64,000 nucleotides of DNA from Hypanus sabinus (lineage: Eukaryota), in the NCBI RefSeq assembly GCF_030144855.1, contig NC_082731.1, positions 23,064,001 through 23,128,000 on the forward strand, written 5' to 3'. A program made the position numbers and the translations under genes. Below the pieces are notes generated by a model. The model did no database searches and had not been told where the DNA came from. It was given only the letters and a program-made list of their open reading frames with translations. Positions 25,180 through 38,639 of this stretch are shown here, in pieces (within the stretch, counting starts at the first letter, position 1; each line of letters opens with the position of its first letter).

Positions 25180-25290
25180 TATCAAGGATGATTCATAGGT
25201 TTGTGGCCTTATGTAGAAGGACTCAATTTTAGAAAAAATAGCACTTATATTTTTCAACATTGTCCCCTGCAAACGAAATACAGTTCCAAG
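25180..25290. mobile_element. Tc1/mariner-like terminal remnant
   Basis: gatgattcataggtttgtggccttatgtagaagga resembles a mariner-type TIR; paralog at about 50025-50130. Confidence 0.4.
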
Positions 25291-25429
25291 TATCATTTAT
25301 CTAGATCACCTGCATTCCTTTTAAATCAATTATTTAATATTTGTTCATGAAATAATTCTTAAATAACTTGTTTAACGTTAATAGTGGCACAGTGTTTAAA
25401 ATTCTTCTTCATCTGTTCCATACATTCAC

Positions 25430-27960
25430 CCCTTGATTGAAATCCGTATCTCAGTTCTAAATGGCCTACGCATTATTCTTAAACTATGGCCTCTAGTTCT
25501 GGAATAGAGGAAACATGCTTTCTGCCTCCAGCGTGTCCAATCCCTTTATAATCTTATGTCTCAATCAAATCCCCTCTCATCCTTCTAAATTCCAGTGTTT
25601 CCAAGCCCAGTCGCTCCAATCTTTCAACATATGACAGTCCCGCTATTCCGGGAATTAACCTTCTGAACCTACGCTGCCCTCCCTTAATAGCAAGAATGTC
25701 TTTCCTCAAATTCCTGTTTGCTACAACTTCGAAGGATCCCAACAGATTTGTTAGACAAGATTTCTGCATGACGAATCCACGCCTGCCAGAGTTTTTTTTT
25801 ATTTTTTTTAAATATTTTTTGTTAATTTAATCATTTGCCTCCAAGTAACCTGAATCTACTTACTACTCAATCAAATCCATCCTCTTCCTAAAAACTGAAG
25901 TCAGACTAACAGGCCTATGTTTTCCATTGCCCTGCCTCTCTCCCTGTTCTAAAGTGCATTGGCATTTTCAATCTGGCTGTATTCCAGAAACAGTACAGAA
26001 TGTAGCAATACATCATAGATCATTAATAATCACTCCGCAATCAATTCACCACCAATTTCAGAACTCAGGGGCGTAATCTGTTTGGTCCAAATAACTTTCT
26101 TTTCCCTTCAGAACTTCCAGTTTCCCAAAACCAATCTTGAGAGCAATGGTAAATTCAGACACTTCATTACCGCTGAAAGAGAAATGGAAACATACTGCTA
26201 GCGTTTTCAACATTGAAAACTGATGCAATGTAATATTTTTCAATAAGCGCACCATTTCTTTGTACCCCATTATTTTCTGCAGCAAATTTTCCAGCTCAGC
26301 AGCACTCACTCTCGCCTCTCTAATACTTGTGAATGAACTTTTCCAATCAGTTCCGTCTAACACCTTCTCACTTCTTTCATACCTCTCTAATTCCATTGAA
26401 AAAAATGATACATCTGACTTTCGTATCATCTTCTCAAAATTCACGGTAATTGCGAACACAGGCCACGAATGTTTCTTTCACCAAGCACACTCCAAACGGT
26501 TCTGTAAGGTACCCCAACATTAAACCCAGAAAGGATGTTCCTATAATAGGCCCAACCACAAGGCTCTCCAATAGGAGACGGGTTACCATACTCTGACGGA
26601 ACAACGCCAAATCCTCTCTCGTCCTGCCTGAGTTTTCTAATCAATGCGTATTCTTGTAAATTAAGCCTACAACATCTTACATATCAATATTTGCCACAAG
26701 TTACATATTCTGTATACTGCTCGCATTCACTAAAGCATTTTCAGTCCCTTCTAAATATCTTCCATTTATACATTGTGTAATAACCTGTTCATTGCAAGTT
26801 TGCCCTATTATCAGTCTCTACGTGTTTGGGGTCTCAAGGCATAGTCCCTTCATTTGCAAACTTTCTACCGCATTTTCAGCTCTATTAATCATGTTCACGG
26901 AGCCCTGCTAAGTTAGTTTAAAGAATCAGAACACCTCTGGCCACCATGCTGACAAGGGGATTGGATTCCCTTGGAATCAGCTGCATCCCAGCCATTTCTA
27001 TAGTTCATATCTTTGTCAGAGGAATCCCAATGATGAAAAAGTCTTAACAACTCTGTCTTTCACCAATTCTTGCGCAAAGCATTCACCTGTCAAATAATTC
27101 TATTTCAGCCTCAATGGCATGGGCACGGAAAACAATCCAGAGGTTAACACCATAGATTTCTTGTTTCTGGGATTTATACCTAGATCCTAATATTCTTTCT
27201 TCAGGACCTCCTCAACGTGTACACCTATGTACTTGTTGGCAATATGTAACAAGATATCCGGCCCGTTTATCTGCAGCAAATCATGGACCCTAAACGAGAA
27301 TTTCGTGATCCTGACACGGCGGAGGTAACATACCGTACCGATGTTTTTATTGTTATTATGGCGCCCATATAACCTCGCATTGTTCCTCAGAATAAGCGGT
27401 CTCCTAGCAACAATGTAGTCCTCTTCATTTCGCTGTTCTGACAAGTAACAGCAACAGAATCAGTGCTGGAATTCTATTAAAATAGCTGTTCCCTGGTAAA
27501 TCATCTCCAACAAAGTTATCACGGAGGGGAAGAGCCGTATATGTACTTGGGACTGTTTGTGAATTTCCCCACCCTCTCCGGATAGTTACCGGTTAATTTT
27601 GCCCCTGGAACCAAGGTGTTATTAACTCTCTGTAGCTCCTGTCGAATACCTCCTCATATCACCATTTGACACATCAAGCTGCAGCTCCAGTTCCTTAATA
27701 ATTTCTAATGTATTTGAAATTCAGGGACTTAGTGCAGATGTGTGTATCTGTGGCACAGCCGGCTGTCAGACGTCCCACATCCCAGACAGCGTAGAGGTCA
27801 CTGCAACTGGAGTCATTCTCTCTAATACTTCACACACTAGTGGACGCGGAATGAACAGCTGCCATCAGGGAGTACCTGAAGAGACAATTTACCATATTCA
27901 AATCTAATCTCGCCTCAGCAATCTCGATCGCCGTGCTGATTAAAAAGTCGCTCTTCGCAG
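25430..27960 (-). mobile_element. Internally deleted CR1 LINE (5'UTR, ORF1, parts of ORF2, 3' end)
   Basis: Reverse complement of RGDLIETYKI, ERLERLG, ORF1 esterase-like and 5'UTR segments. Confidence 0.8.
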
Positions 27961-27977
27961 GCATTCTTATCAAGGAA

Positions 27978-28007
27978 TGACGCCAATATATTTGTTGGTA
28001 TTTGCAT
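27978..28007 (+). promoter_or_regulatory. CRE half-site plus Ig octamer ATTTGCAT upstream of a V relic
   Basis: TGACG 27978-27982 and ATTTGCAT 28000-28007; both retained in the paralog (54116-54120, 54138-54145). Confidence 0.4.
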
Positions 28008-28201
28008 TAATTCCCCGCAGCCCTGCTGGTGTCTGAGGAAGCATTCAAATGTGTTCTGGAACTACTGCAAAGCTGTACATCGCTCTTTTTTACATACCAA
28101 AAATGTACGATGGAGATAGCACAAAATTCTGACAAGATGAACAGCCTGCGACATGACCCGTTACAATTTTGTTCTTATTCGAACCTTGAAACTTTTTTCA
28201 G

Positions 28202-28510
28202 AATGGTCAATTATTAACAAACGAGTTTTATTCGCTGCCCATCAGTATTTTGTAAATAACTACTAGCCCGACAATTCAACAGGTGCAGCAGTCGAATTTT
28301 AGATTGTGTTTGCTTTTTTTTTTCTTACGATGGAATCATGATTGAACTGATTGCCTGGATAATATGCAATCAAAATATATTCACGGCGACTCAGTGGATG
28401 TCACAATAGTAGATCAATTGGCAGATACTGTGCAAGTGTAGAGAAGGAAAATGTTAACGCTTCGGCTGCATTAGAGCTCTTGCTCTTTCCGCTGACGGAA
28501 AGCAACAATT
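28202..28510 (+). pseudogene. Decayed short V exon with NAR-V-like words, copy 1
   Basis: Acceptor ttttttcAG 28201; RV; TGAAVEF.(fs)CV (Cys 28305); W 28356; GRY 28420; KMLTLRLH (cf. KSFSLRIN); TCT TGC TCT TTC CGC TGA (cf. SGTYRC) ending 28495. Requires several frameshifts. Confidence 0.4.
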
Positions 28511-28984
28511 CTTCTGAATGCATTTCGACTGAGTTGCATTTGGTGCTGTAAACCAGGTATGGGTGGCATAGCTGGTCGTGAAAGGTCGTATTCCATTCAG
28601 TTGCTATTCATCCATTCGCGTTATCAGCTCCACCGCAGCACTTGCAGAAACTGAAGATAACTTATATTTGTACGGCCAGCAGGGCGGAGCTTACAAATCT
28701 GTGAAGGTTACGTTTTTTGTTGCTCGTTGGAAGTATTCAATAACAGTCACCAACGATTGAGTAAACGTTACAGCAAACATTTTAACGATCATTCTTTGGT
28801 GCTCTGCTCGATGCTGTTTGAATTCCTTGAGGGTAGGAGTTTAATAAAATGGGTTGAACTGGGTTTCTACAGTTTACAATAAAACATTCTGATACGACAC
28901 TCTAAAGATAAATTCACCAAACTGGATAGGAATAGAGAGGAAAAAAGAGAATGAGTTTCTGCATTATTACGGTGAAGACCGCCA

Positions 28985-31900
28985 TATACAACGGCCATCG
29001 TCGGAGTGGACTGCGGCAGAGTGTAACGGATTTGGCTCAATCAGGCTTCGGCGAGAACAGGCAGAGGCGAGGTTTGAACGGGGCACAACTGCGCAAGCGC
29101 GTGAAAGCCGGCCTCTGAGATCAGCGGGTTAATTTAAAAAGCGAGGAGAGGCTGAGTCCGAGCTTCACTACAGGTGAGGTAAGCCCGGGTAACCTCCTTT
29201 AAATAATCTAATTAGCTGCGGAGTGGGTAATGGAGGCAGTATTTAGGGCAGTAGCGTGCTCCGTTTGCAGTATGTGGGAAGTCACGGCGAGCACAGCTGT
29301 TCGTGAAGACGACACCACAAAAAGATGCATCCAGCTGTAGCTTATGAAAAAGCGTGTTAGGGAACTGCAGCTGGAGCTGGATGAATTTCGGATCATTCGG
29401 GAGTCAGGGGTAGAATTAGACAGGAGTTTCAGGGAGATAGTCACCCCTAGGAGTCGAGAGACAGGCAGTTAGGTAACTGTCAGGAGAGGGAAAGGGAATA
29501 GACAGGGAGAGCAGAGCACCCCTGTGGAATTTCCCATTAACAATCAGTGTACAGTTTTGGATACTGTTGGTGGGGACAACCTAACTGGGACAAGTTGTAG
29601 CGGTTGTATCTCTGGCACCGAGACCGGATCCTGAGCTCAGAAGCGAAGGAGGGAAAAGATGGGAACAGTAGTGATAGGGGATACGGTAATTAGAGGAACA
29701 CATAGGAGATTCTGTTGATAAATCGAACATCCCAAATGGTCTAGTACCTCCCTGGTGCCAGGGTCTGCGATACCTCGGATCGACTTCTCAGTATTCTCAA
29801 GAGCGAGGGCGAACAGCCGGATGTCGTTGTCCATGTAGGGAACAATGACGTGGTTAGGAAGAGTGAGGAGATCCTGAATGGTGAGTTTAGGGAGATAGGG
29901 GCCAGGTTAAATGACAGGACCTCCAGGATAGCAATCTCAGGATTGCTACCAGTGCCACTTGCTAGTGGTTTTAGAAATAGTAAGATAGTGCGGATCAACA
30001 CGTGGCTGAAGACATGGTTCTGGAGGGAGGGCTTCAGATTTCTAGAAAATTGGGCTGATGTCCAGGAATGGTGGGACCTGTTCCGACGGGGCGATTTAAA
30101 TTCTGAACTGGAGGAAGATAAATATTCTTGAAGGTAGGTTTTCTAGAGAGGCTGCAGTGGATATGAGGGGGAAGGGAACCAGAAAAAAATAAACAGTAAA
30201 TATCTTTGTACTGTTAGAGAAAAACAGAGAAGAAGAGGTGGAGAATTTCTTAAGTGTATTTATTTTAATGCTAGGAGCATCGTAAGAAAGGTGGATGAGC
30301 TTACCGCATGGGTTGATAACTGGAAATACGATTTGGTAGCTATTATTTTAAGTTGGTTGCAGGAGGGGTGTGATTGCAAACAAAATATTCCTGGATTCTG
30401 TTGCTTCAGATCTGATAGAATGGGTGGGTCAAGAGGGGAAAGTGTTGCTTTGCTTGTCTGAGAAAATATTCCAGCGGTTCACTGGCTGGATAGATTAGAG
30501 GGCTCATCTAGGGAGTGTGTTTGGGTGGATTTGAGGAATGGGAAAGTGTAGTAACAGTTATTGAGGTGTATATTAGACCACGTAATGGGGAGCGGGAATT
30601 TGAAGAGTAAATTTGCAAGGAGATAGCAGATATTTCTAGTAAGCACACGGTTGTGATTGTGGGAGTTTTAGATTTCCCCGCGATAGACTGGGAATCCCAT
30701 ACTGTAAAAGGGATGGATGGTTTGGAGTATGTAAATTCTGTGCACGATAGTTTTTGAGGCAATATATAGAGGAACCAACTAGAGAACGGGCAGTGTTGGA
30801 TCTTCTGTTAGGGAATGAAATAGGTCAGGTTACGGACGTATGTGTTGGGGAGCACTTCGGATCCAGTTATAACAATGCCATTAGTTTCAATCTAATTTTT
30901 GAGAAGGATAGGACCTGACCCAGTGTTGAGATTTTTGATTGGGGAAAGGCGAACATTGAGGAGATGTGAAAGGATTTAGAAGGTGTTGATTGGGACAATT
31001 TGTTTTATGGCAAGGATGTAATAGATAAATCGCGGTCTTTTAAAGGTGAAATTTTGCAGGTACAGAATCTTCATGTTCATGTTAGGTTGAAAAGAGAGGT
31101 TAAATCTTTGAGAGATCCATGGTTTTCAAGGTATTTTGGAAACTTGGTTAGGAAAAAGAGAACTATCTACAATTAATATAGGCAGCATTGAGTAAATGAT
31201 GTGCTCGAGGAATATTAATAATGTAAGAAGAAACTTTAAAAAGAAATTAGAAAAGCTAAAAGAAGATATGAGGTTGCTTTGGCAAGTAACGTGAAAACAT
31301 TTCCGAAGGGTTGCTACAGTTATATAAATAGCAAAAGGATAATGGGGGATAAAATGTGTTCCTCAGAGAATCGGAGTCGACAGCTATGTGTGGAGCCGAA
31401 AGAGCAGGATGAAAATTCGCACAATTTATTTTCTTCGGGATTCTATAAGGAGAAGGATACTGAATTTTTTGTAAAGTAAGGAGAACAAGTAGGGAAGATA
31501 TGGAAACACTGCCGATTAACGAGGAGGAAGTACTGTTTTTTTAAGGAATATAAAAATGGATAAATCTGCGCTTTCTAACAGGATATTCCCTAGGATCTTG
31601 AGGGCGGTTAGTGTAGAAATGGCAGGGGCTCTGACAGAAATATTTCAAATGTAATTAGAAACGGCTTGATGCTAGAGAATTGGCGTATTGCTCCTGTGGC
31701 GCCATTGTTTCAAAGCTTTTAAGAGTAAACCTAGCAATTATAGGCCAGTCAGTTTGACTTCAGTGGTGTGTAGATTAATGGAAAGTATACTGACAGATAG
31801 TACATTTAATTACCTGGATAGACGGGGTAGATTAGAAACACATGGATCTATGCGTGGAACGTCATATTTGACAAATCTTATTGAATTTTCGAAGAGGTTA

Positions 31901-33120
31901 CGAAGAAGGTTGACGAGGGTAAAGCACTGGATGTTGTCTACCTGGACTTATGCAAGGCCTTTGACAAGGTTTCGCACGGAAGGTTAGTTAGGAAGGTTGA
32001 ATCGTTAGGTATTAATATTGAAGTAGTAAAATTTATTCAGCAGTGGCTGGATGGGAGATGCCAAAGTGTAGTGGTAGATAACTGTTTGTCAGGTTGGAGG
32101 CCATTGACCAGTGCTCTGCCTCAGGGATCGGTACTGGGTCCAATGTTGTTTGTCATATACATTAATGATCAGGATGATAGGGTGTTATATTGGATTAGTA
32201 AGACTGCAGAAGATACTAAGGTAGGTGGCGTTGTGGATAATAAAGTAGGTTTTCAAAGATTGCTGAGAGATTTATTTCAGATAGAAGAGCGGATTGACCG
32301 ATGACGAATGGGAGTTTAACGATGATAAGTTTGAGGTGCTACATTTCGGTAGGAAAACTCCAACTAGGACATACATGATAAATGGTAGGACATTGAAAAA
32401 TGTAGTAGAACAGAGTGATCTAGGAATAATGGTGCATATTCTCTGAAAGTTCAATCTGATGTGGACAGTGTGGTGAAGAAAGCTTTTTGTATGTTGGCCT
32501 TTATAAATCAGAGCATTGAGTATAGGAGTTGGTGTGTAATGGTAAAATTGTACAGGGCATTGGTAAGGCCAAATTTGGAATATTGTGTATCGAATTATCG
32601 GAAAGATGTCGACAAAATAGAGAAAGGACAGAGGATATTTATTATAATGTTACCTGTGTTTCACCGTTTAATTTACAGGGGAAGACTGAACAAGTTAGGT
32701 TTTTACACTTTGGTGCGTAGAAGGTTGAGTGGAGACTTGGTACAGTTATTTAAAATTATGAGGTGGTTAGATACAGTTGACGCAAATAGGCTTTTTCCAT
32801 TGAGAGTTGGGGAGATTCAAAAAAGAGGGGGACATGAGCTGAGATTTAGGTGACAAATGTTCAAGGGTAACACGATAGGGAATTTCTTAACTGAGAGAGT
32901 GGTAGTTGTGTGCAACGAGCTTCCGGTAGAAGTGGTAGTGGTAGTTTCGGTATTGTCTTTTAAAGTAAAATTGGATAGGTTTATTGACAGGAAAGGAATG
33001 GACGGATATGCGCTGAGTGCGGGTCTGTGTGACTAGGTGAGAGTACGCGTTCGCCACAGACTAGAAGGGCCGAGATGGCCTGTTTCCGTGCCGTAATTGT
33101 TATATGGATATATGGTTATA
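28985..33120 (+). mobile_element. Near-full-length decayed CR1 LINE, copy 1
   Basis: 5'UTR, ORF1 (CSVCSMWE; QPDVVVHVGNND), APE, RT (NYRPVSLTSVV, LPQGSVLGP), C-terminus GNFLTERVV, tail tatatggttata. Confidence 0.95.
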
Positions 33121-33599
33121 AGACCATACAGGTCATATTCCTGACCGATTTTACCTATCAATCTGCCCGGAATCAATCACGTCCTCCTGTGAACGCAGGG
33201 CGATAGCACTTATATGGAGCCCATATTGTTGCAGAAGAGAACGGTCACTGCAAATGTTGTAGAGTGCAGTCTCTTGAGTTCTTCATTCTGTCCAAAATGA
33301 CACTCACGTGGAAGTTTGGAAATGTTAACAATTGCTTGAAGCCAAGTACTTATATTCAATGCATAGTGATAAAGCTAAAGAGAGAATGGGAATGGGCTGG
33401 TGAGACAGGTATCCAGGAAGATTTTGGGAATGTGGAGCGAGAAAACTGATAATCGTTTTCACGGCCGTAATACTATTCCTGTGCCCAACATATCTCCCAA
33501 TCCATTTTCTATGCAATCATTTATATATAGTGTGTCATCTTCTCGAAACGTCCAGAAAATAATTGAAGAAAATCCAGAAGTGAATTCGGCAGAAGGCTG

Positions 33600-35304
33600 A
33601 AAAGCAGGATCTCCATGGTCGTGATTTCAGGGTTGCATCCATTTCCTCGTGCTGGTAAGAGCAGGAACAGGGTAATATGGGATGTCTATTTGTGGCTGAG
33701 AAGCTGGTGCGAAAAGCAGGGCTTTAGATTCTTAGACCACTGAGCTCTGTTTTGGGATCAGGACGAATTGTACAAAGGAGAGGGATTGTACCTTAAAAGG
33801 CGGGAGAACAGCATTCTTGCACGGAGGTTGGCCACTGCTACACGTGTGTGTTTAATCTAATAAGTTAGGGGGTGGTGGTGTCGAAGTCGAACTGGAAATG
33901 TAAGGATGGAGTTAAAGGGAAAAAATGAATAAGGAGAGTTAAGAAACACAACAGAATTAAACGTGCAGAAAGTTCAGTGGAGTTCGGAGATTATGGCCAA
34001 ATGCAATAGGCATCGATGTGAGTAGCGAGGGGACTAACGGTTTAAAAGTATTATATATGAATGCACGAAGTATGTGAAATAATGTGGATGAGCTTGAGGC
34101 TCAGTTGCCAATTGGCAAGCATCATGTTGTAGAGATAACGGACACATGGCTGCAGGTCGACCAGGGGTGGAAAATAAATTTTTAAGGGTATAGGACATAT
34201 CGAAAGGGCGGACAGATAGGCAGAAGGAGTGGGGTGGCTCTTTTAGTAAGGAATGAAATTCAGACCCTTGCGGCGTTTGACATATAATCAGGAGATGTAG
34301 ACTCAGTATGGATAGAACTGAGAAATTGTGAGGGCAAAAAGACCACAAAGGAAGCTATCTACAGGCCTCCAAACAATAGCCTGTATATAGGGTGCAAGTT
34401 GAATCAAGAACTAAAATAAGCATGTCGCATAGGCAATGGTGCGTTTGTAATGGGGAATTTCAACATGCAGGTACACAGGGAAATGCAGGCTGACTTGGAA
34501 AATTTGGGTGAGTTGGCTAATGCATAGCAGATGCAATTTAATATGGATAAATGTAAGGTGATATACTTTGGTGGCAAGAACAGGAAGGCAGATTACTAAC
34601 TGGATGTTGTTAAGTTAGTAAAGAGGGAAGCACAACGAGATCGAGGTGTCCTTGTTCATCAGACACCGAAAATAAGCATGCAGGTACAGTTGGCAGTGAA
34701 GAAAGCTAATTGTATGTTGGCCTTCATAACAAGAAGAGTTGAGTATAGGGGCAAGGGGGTCGTTCAGCAGTTGTACAGCGCCTTGGTGTGACCAAACCTG
34801 CTGTATTCTGTTCCGTTTTGTTCTTGGAATTAGAGAAAAGGCACTTTTGCGTTTGAGGGAGCGCAGCGTAGGTTCACGAGATTGATTCCCTTGATGCCGT
34901 GTATGTCAAATGCTGAAAGACTGTAGCGATTGTGCTTGTATACACGGGAATTTAGAAGGATGAGAGGAGATCTGTATGAAACATATAAGATTATTAAGGG
35001 ATTGGACACGCTAGAGGCAGGAAACATGTTCCTGATGTGGGATTGCCCAGAACCAATGGCTACAGTTTAATAATAAGGGGTAAGCTATTAAGGACGGAGC
35101 TCAGGAAAACCTTTTTCGGTCAGAGCGTTATGGATCTAGGGAATGCTCTGCTTCAGAATGCGGTGGAGGCCAATGCTCTACCTGCTTTCAAATAAGAGTT
35201 AGATAGACCACGTACAGATAGCGGAGTCAATGGATGTGTGGAGAAAGCTGGAACGAGTTCCTGATTGTGGATGATCAGCAATGATCAAATTGAATGGCGG
35301 TGAT
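33600..35304 (+). mobile_element. 5'-truncated, internally deleted CR1 LINE (tail continues 36377-36418)
   Basis: ORF1 end, APE LYMNARS, RT C-terminus RGDLYETYKI; about 1.5 kb shorter than the paralog at 60785-64000. Confidence 0.9.
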
Positions 35305-36371
35305 CGTCATGGTCCGGTTAGAATTCCGCATTCCAGTTCATGGTCCAGTCAGCTGAATCCAGAATTCGGGTCGCCCAACTGTTCCTTGTTCCGGCTTGTA
35401 CCGAAGCATTTACACCAGATGATCATTTTGGTTCGGTTTACACCTGATGCCCATCTGTTGCCGGCGAATATAAGGGACTCTGGGATTGAGTGTTGTAGGG
35501 GGGTTCGTTCCACTTGGAGCACCCACTGTTTAAAGACGAATTCTTTGATTCAGGTATGGATTTGGGTGTTCCGTAGCCCGCCACAGTCTTCACGTCGGCT
35601 CGAGTCCTGCAGCCACGCCAGAACGAGCTTCTTTCCTGACCCTCGCCAGATTACTGTTGCCCTGCGGTTAGCTCTGCCCCTTCCTATCCCTTGCCTCCGT
35701 CGGGTAAGCCAGGTCAGATTGTCGTTTCTCGGCGGATGTTTCTGTCCTTTCCTATTCCTCGCCTCCGTCTGGCTGTGCCTCGCGTCCTGCCCAGGAGACC
35801 CGCGAACTGACCAGACCCCCTGTGTCCTGCTTTGGAGTTCTGCGCCCTGCCCAGGAGGCAAGCTCCTTGTTCCTAGTCCCTAGCCTGCTGTGTCCCTTCC
35901 TATCCCTTGCTTCCGTCGGGTAATACAGGCCAGATTGCCGTTGCCCTGCGGTTGGTTCTGTCCCTTCCTGGTCTCGCCACCGTCGGGTTGTGCACCGCGT
36001 CCTCCCCAGGAGAACCGCAACCAGTCCAGCTGCCAAGATCCCAGCCTCAAGCCAAGCCTCCAAGATCCCAGCATCACGCGAAGCATCAAGTCCCCAGCCT
36101 CAAGCCAAACTTCAAGACACTAGCCTCAAACCAAGCCTCAAGATCTCATCCTCAAGCCAAGCCTCAAGTCTCCAGCCTCAAGCCAAGCCTCAAGAACTCC
36201 CAAGATTCAAAGGATCTACTTGAACTCCAAGATCTCATTGACTTCAAGATCTCCACGAACGCCACGGTCTCCACAACATTTCCTGTCCTTTAGCTTTGCC
36301 CCGTCCTGTTCCTGGAACTTCACTGTCTTCGTGCTGTATTTGTCCACCCTCTCCACGCCCCTCTTATAACA
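35305..36371 (+). mobile_element. Solo LTR (Sushi/Gypsy-like) with internal repeats
   Basis: Starts (c)gtcatggtcc like the Gypsy LTR end, ends ataaca; 5-bp TSD GTGAT (35300-35304, 36372-36376); internal ~200-bp duplication and CAAGCC/CAAG tandem array 36030-36230. Confidence 0.85.
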
Positions 36372-36539
36372 GTGATGGCTCGTTTGCCCGAATTCCCTAC
36401 TTCTGCAACGACTGTCTAATGAGTAGAAGGGAAAAAAAAAAAAAACAAGAACAGCTCTGCGAAGAACATTTGGGGTGCAATGTGTTACTTCAGTGACCTG
36501 TCGCTGAAGATAAATCATTGGGTACATATAGCGAATCTG

Positions 36540-36624
36540 TTTTTTTTTCAATACTAGCGATACAGAGCTCAGGACTGTATAATAAACCTTTTGCCACGCT
36601 GTGCCTGCAACCACCGTAAAAACT
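36540..36624 (+). pseudogene. D-segment-like relic, copy B
   Basis: T9 nonamer-like, 12 nt, TACAGAG, 27-nt core, CACGCTG, 14 nt, GTAAAAACT. Confidence 0.3.
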
Positions 36625-36671
36625 GATTACCTGGAGGTCATCTTGTAAAAATTTACATTTTCCAATTAACC

Positions 36672-36732
36672 CACCGTGTATTCTTTGAATTCCGAACTTA
36701 ACCAGTTTCTCTGCGGAACCTCTGCTGGACGT
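36672..36732 (+). pseudogene. J-segment-like relic, copy B
   Basis: CACCGTG heptamer-like, 27 nt, TTT CTC TGC GGA ACC (F-x-x-G-T), donor GTACAG at 36731; nonamer unclear. Confidence 0.25.
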
Positions 36733-37599
36733 ACAGACTCTCTTTGCAAAAAAGCGCCACTAATGATCTATGGGCTTCAAAATAATCCAAACTATAGCAG
36801 AACCGTGCATGCGTGCACATAGGCATACGTGGCGTCATGGTAAATACAGACTGACATAAATTTTACGCTAGAGAGTGAAAAGAAGTATTTTAAGAAGAAA
36901 ACAGAGAATCTGACAGGTTTAGACATGTATGTCGTGCCCTGCAGGGTTAACGAGGCAGATCAATGTCCTGTTGTTAGGAAACTCCCAGTGGGAGAACATC
37001 TATTGTGTGAAACATATACGTGGATATACTGCCTGAGTAGCAGGCTCAAGGGGAAAGAGTAGGATATGAGATCAAGGACGGGAGGTGGCAATACAATGAG
37101 CTCACGCAGAAACACAAATAATACAGAAGTCAAGAGAGGAAGAGAGAGGGTAAGGATTGGAAAATAAGGAATTACAGAGAGATACGTATAAGACAAACAG
37201 CCAGACAAATGAAGAAAACGACAGGTAGATAGAATGGCTGGCGAGAGTGTCACTGAAAGAATAACAGGGAGTCAGAAAGAAGAGAGAGGGAGAGAGGGTG
37301 TTAGAGAAAGAGACGATCTGTATTAAAAAAAGAGAAAATTAACAAACCGACACATATATCAAGAATCCCGAAGGAGACAATAGAACATGTGGAGATATTG
37401 ATGGCTAGAGGAAGGCAGAGACCTGGATGTATGAAGATAATGAAAGTGATAGAGAAAGAAAGGGAGTAGAAATAAACAATAATACATACAAGGATATTGA
37501 CGTAGGTAGAAATTAAAAGGGGGAGAGAGAGCTTGAGAGAGATGGAAATGGAGGAAGACCGATATTCTACACGGCATTCATTTTTTGTGCTCTTTACAG

Positions 37600-37990
37600 A
37601 TTAATCTTGTTGGTCTGCCAACTGAGAATCTGTAAAAATGGGCAGTCTTTGTACTGTTGAGCTCATGTCGTCCTGGGTTGTCGAATATTCTGGTATCTTT
37701 CATCAGGGAGGAGAGAGAAGCGTATTCGCCGCAGAACATTGGGTCAGGCAAGTTTCGACGAAATTAATGGTTCGGAACGGACAGAGAAAACATTGAAATA
37801 TACATATCTGAAAGGCTCTGCTGCCTTTCTTTCAACATCCTGAGGTATATCCCACTTCTCAGCTGTTAAATGTCCAATGTTCTCCAGAACGTCTGGGCAG
37901 GTTTTACCCTCAGATGTAGAAAGATTAAGGAATTACATGTAAGTACCTTAAGGGACTCTATGTCGGATTGGGCCGTACATCTCCAAGTGG
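37600..37990 (+). pseudogene. Leaderless V-like exon relic, copy B
   Basis: Strong acceptor ttttttgtgctctttacAG; ESVKM..LCTV; FWY 37691; PERLGRF; GDS..; CAAGTG heptamer-like. Trp-Cys span about 100 nt too long. Confidence 0.3.
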
Positions 37991-38084
37991 TCGAACTCAA
38001 CCTATCGTAGCGGGTACAGCCATAACTCTACCCTGGGTGTTGCTAAGCTCAATTAACACTAAAACTTCAAGAGATAGCGAATGA

Positions 38085-38244
38085 NNNNNNNNNNNNNNNN
38101 NNNNNNNNNNNNNNNNNNNNNNNNNNNNNNNNNNNNNNNNNNNNNNNNNNNNNNNNNNNNNNNNNNNNNNNNNNNNNNNNNNNNNNNNNNNNNNNNNNNN
38201 NNNNNNNNNNNNNNNNNNNNNNNNNNNNNNNNNNNNNNNNNNNN
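38085..38244. other. Assembly gap (N run)
   Basis: Direct reading. Confidence 1.
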
Positions 38245-38639
38245 GCACGCGCACGAGCGCGACCTCTACGGGAGACAAACTTACAGGTACAGACACCGAT
38301 GCACAGAGAATGAGAACAATTGCACGTGCGAAAGGATAGAAACCCAGAAGTAGAGATAATTATATACCATTATACGGTCAATAGTTATCATACAAAACTG
38401 CAGTTCCGCAGTGATGTAGTCAAATTATTTTAGCTTTGTTCGTCTCTATGGAAAGTCACGATTTTTATTTATGTATCATGTGTGTCAGTAACCGACCAGA
38501 CGCCTGAGATTTGCCGTTGTAGTTATCGGTGTTTTTTTTTAATTATTTCCACCGTATATTTCCTTGGCATGTATATCGAATGTACTTCGGAAAGAATGTA
38601 TTTTCGAGAGCTGCAGGCTTATGCCTTCAGAGGGCTGCC

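Noticed and set aside
36030-36240. CAAGCC/CAAG tandem array giving Ser/Gln/Pro-rich ORFs
   Set aside because: Internal repeat of the solo LTR bounded by the GTGAT TSD; eukaryotic, with no unique spacers, so neither CRISPR nor a gene.
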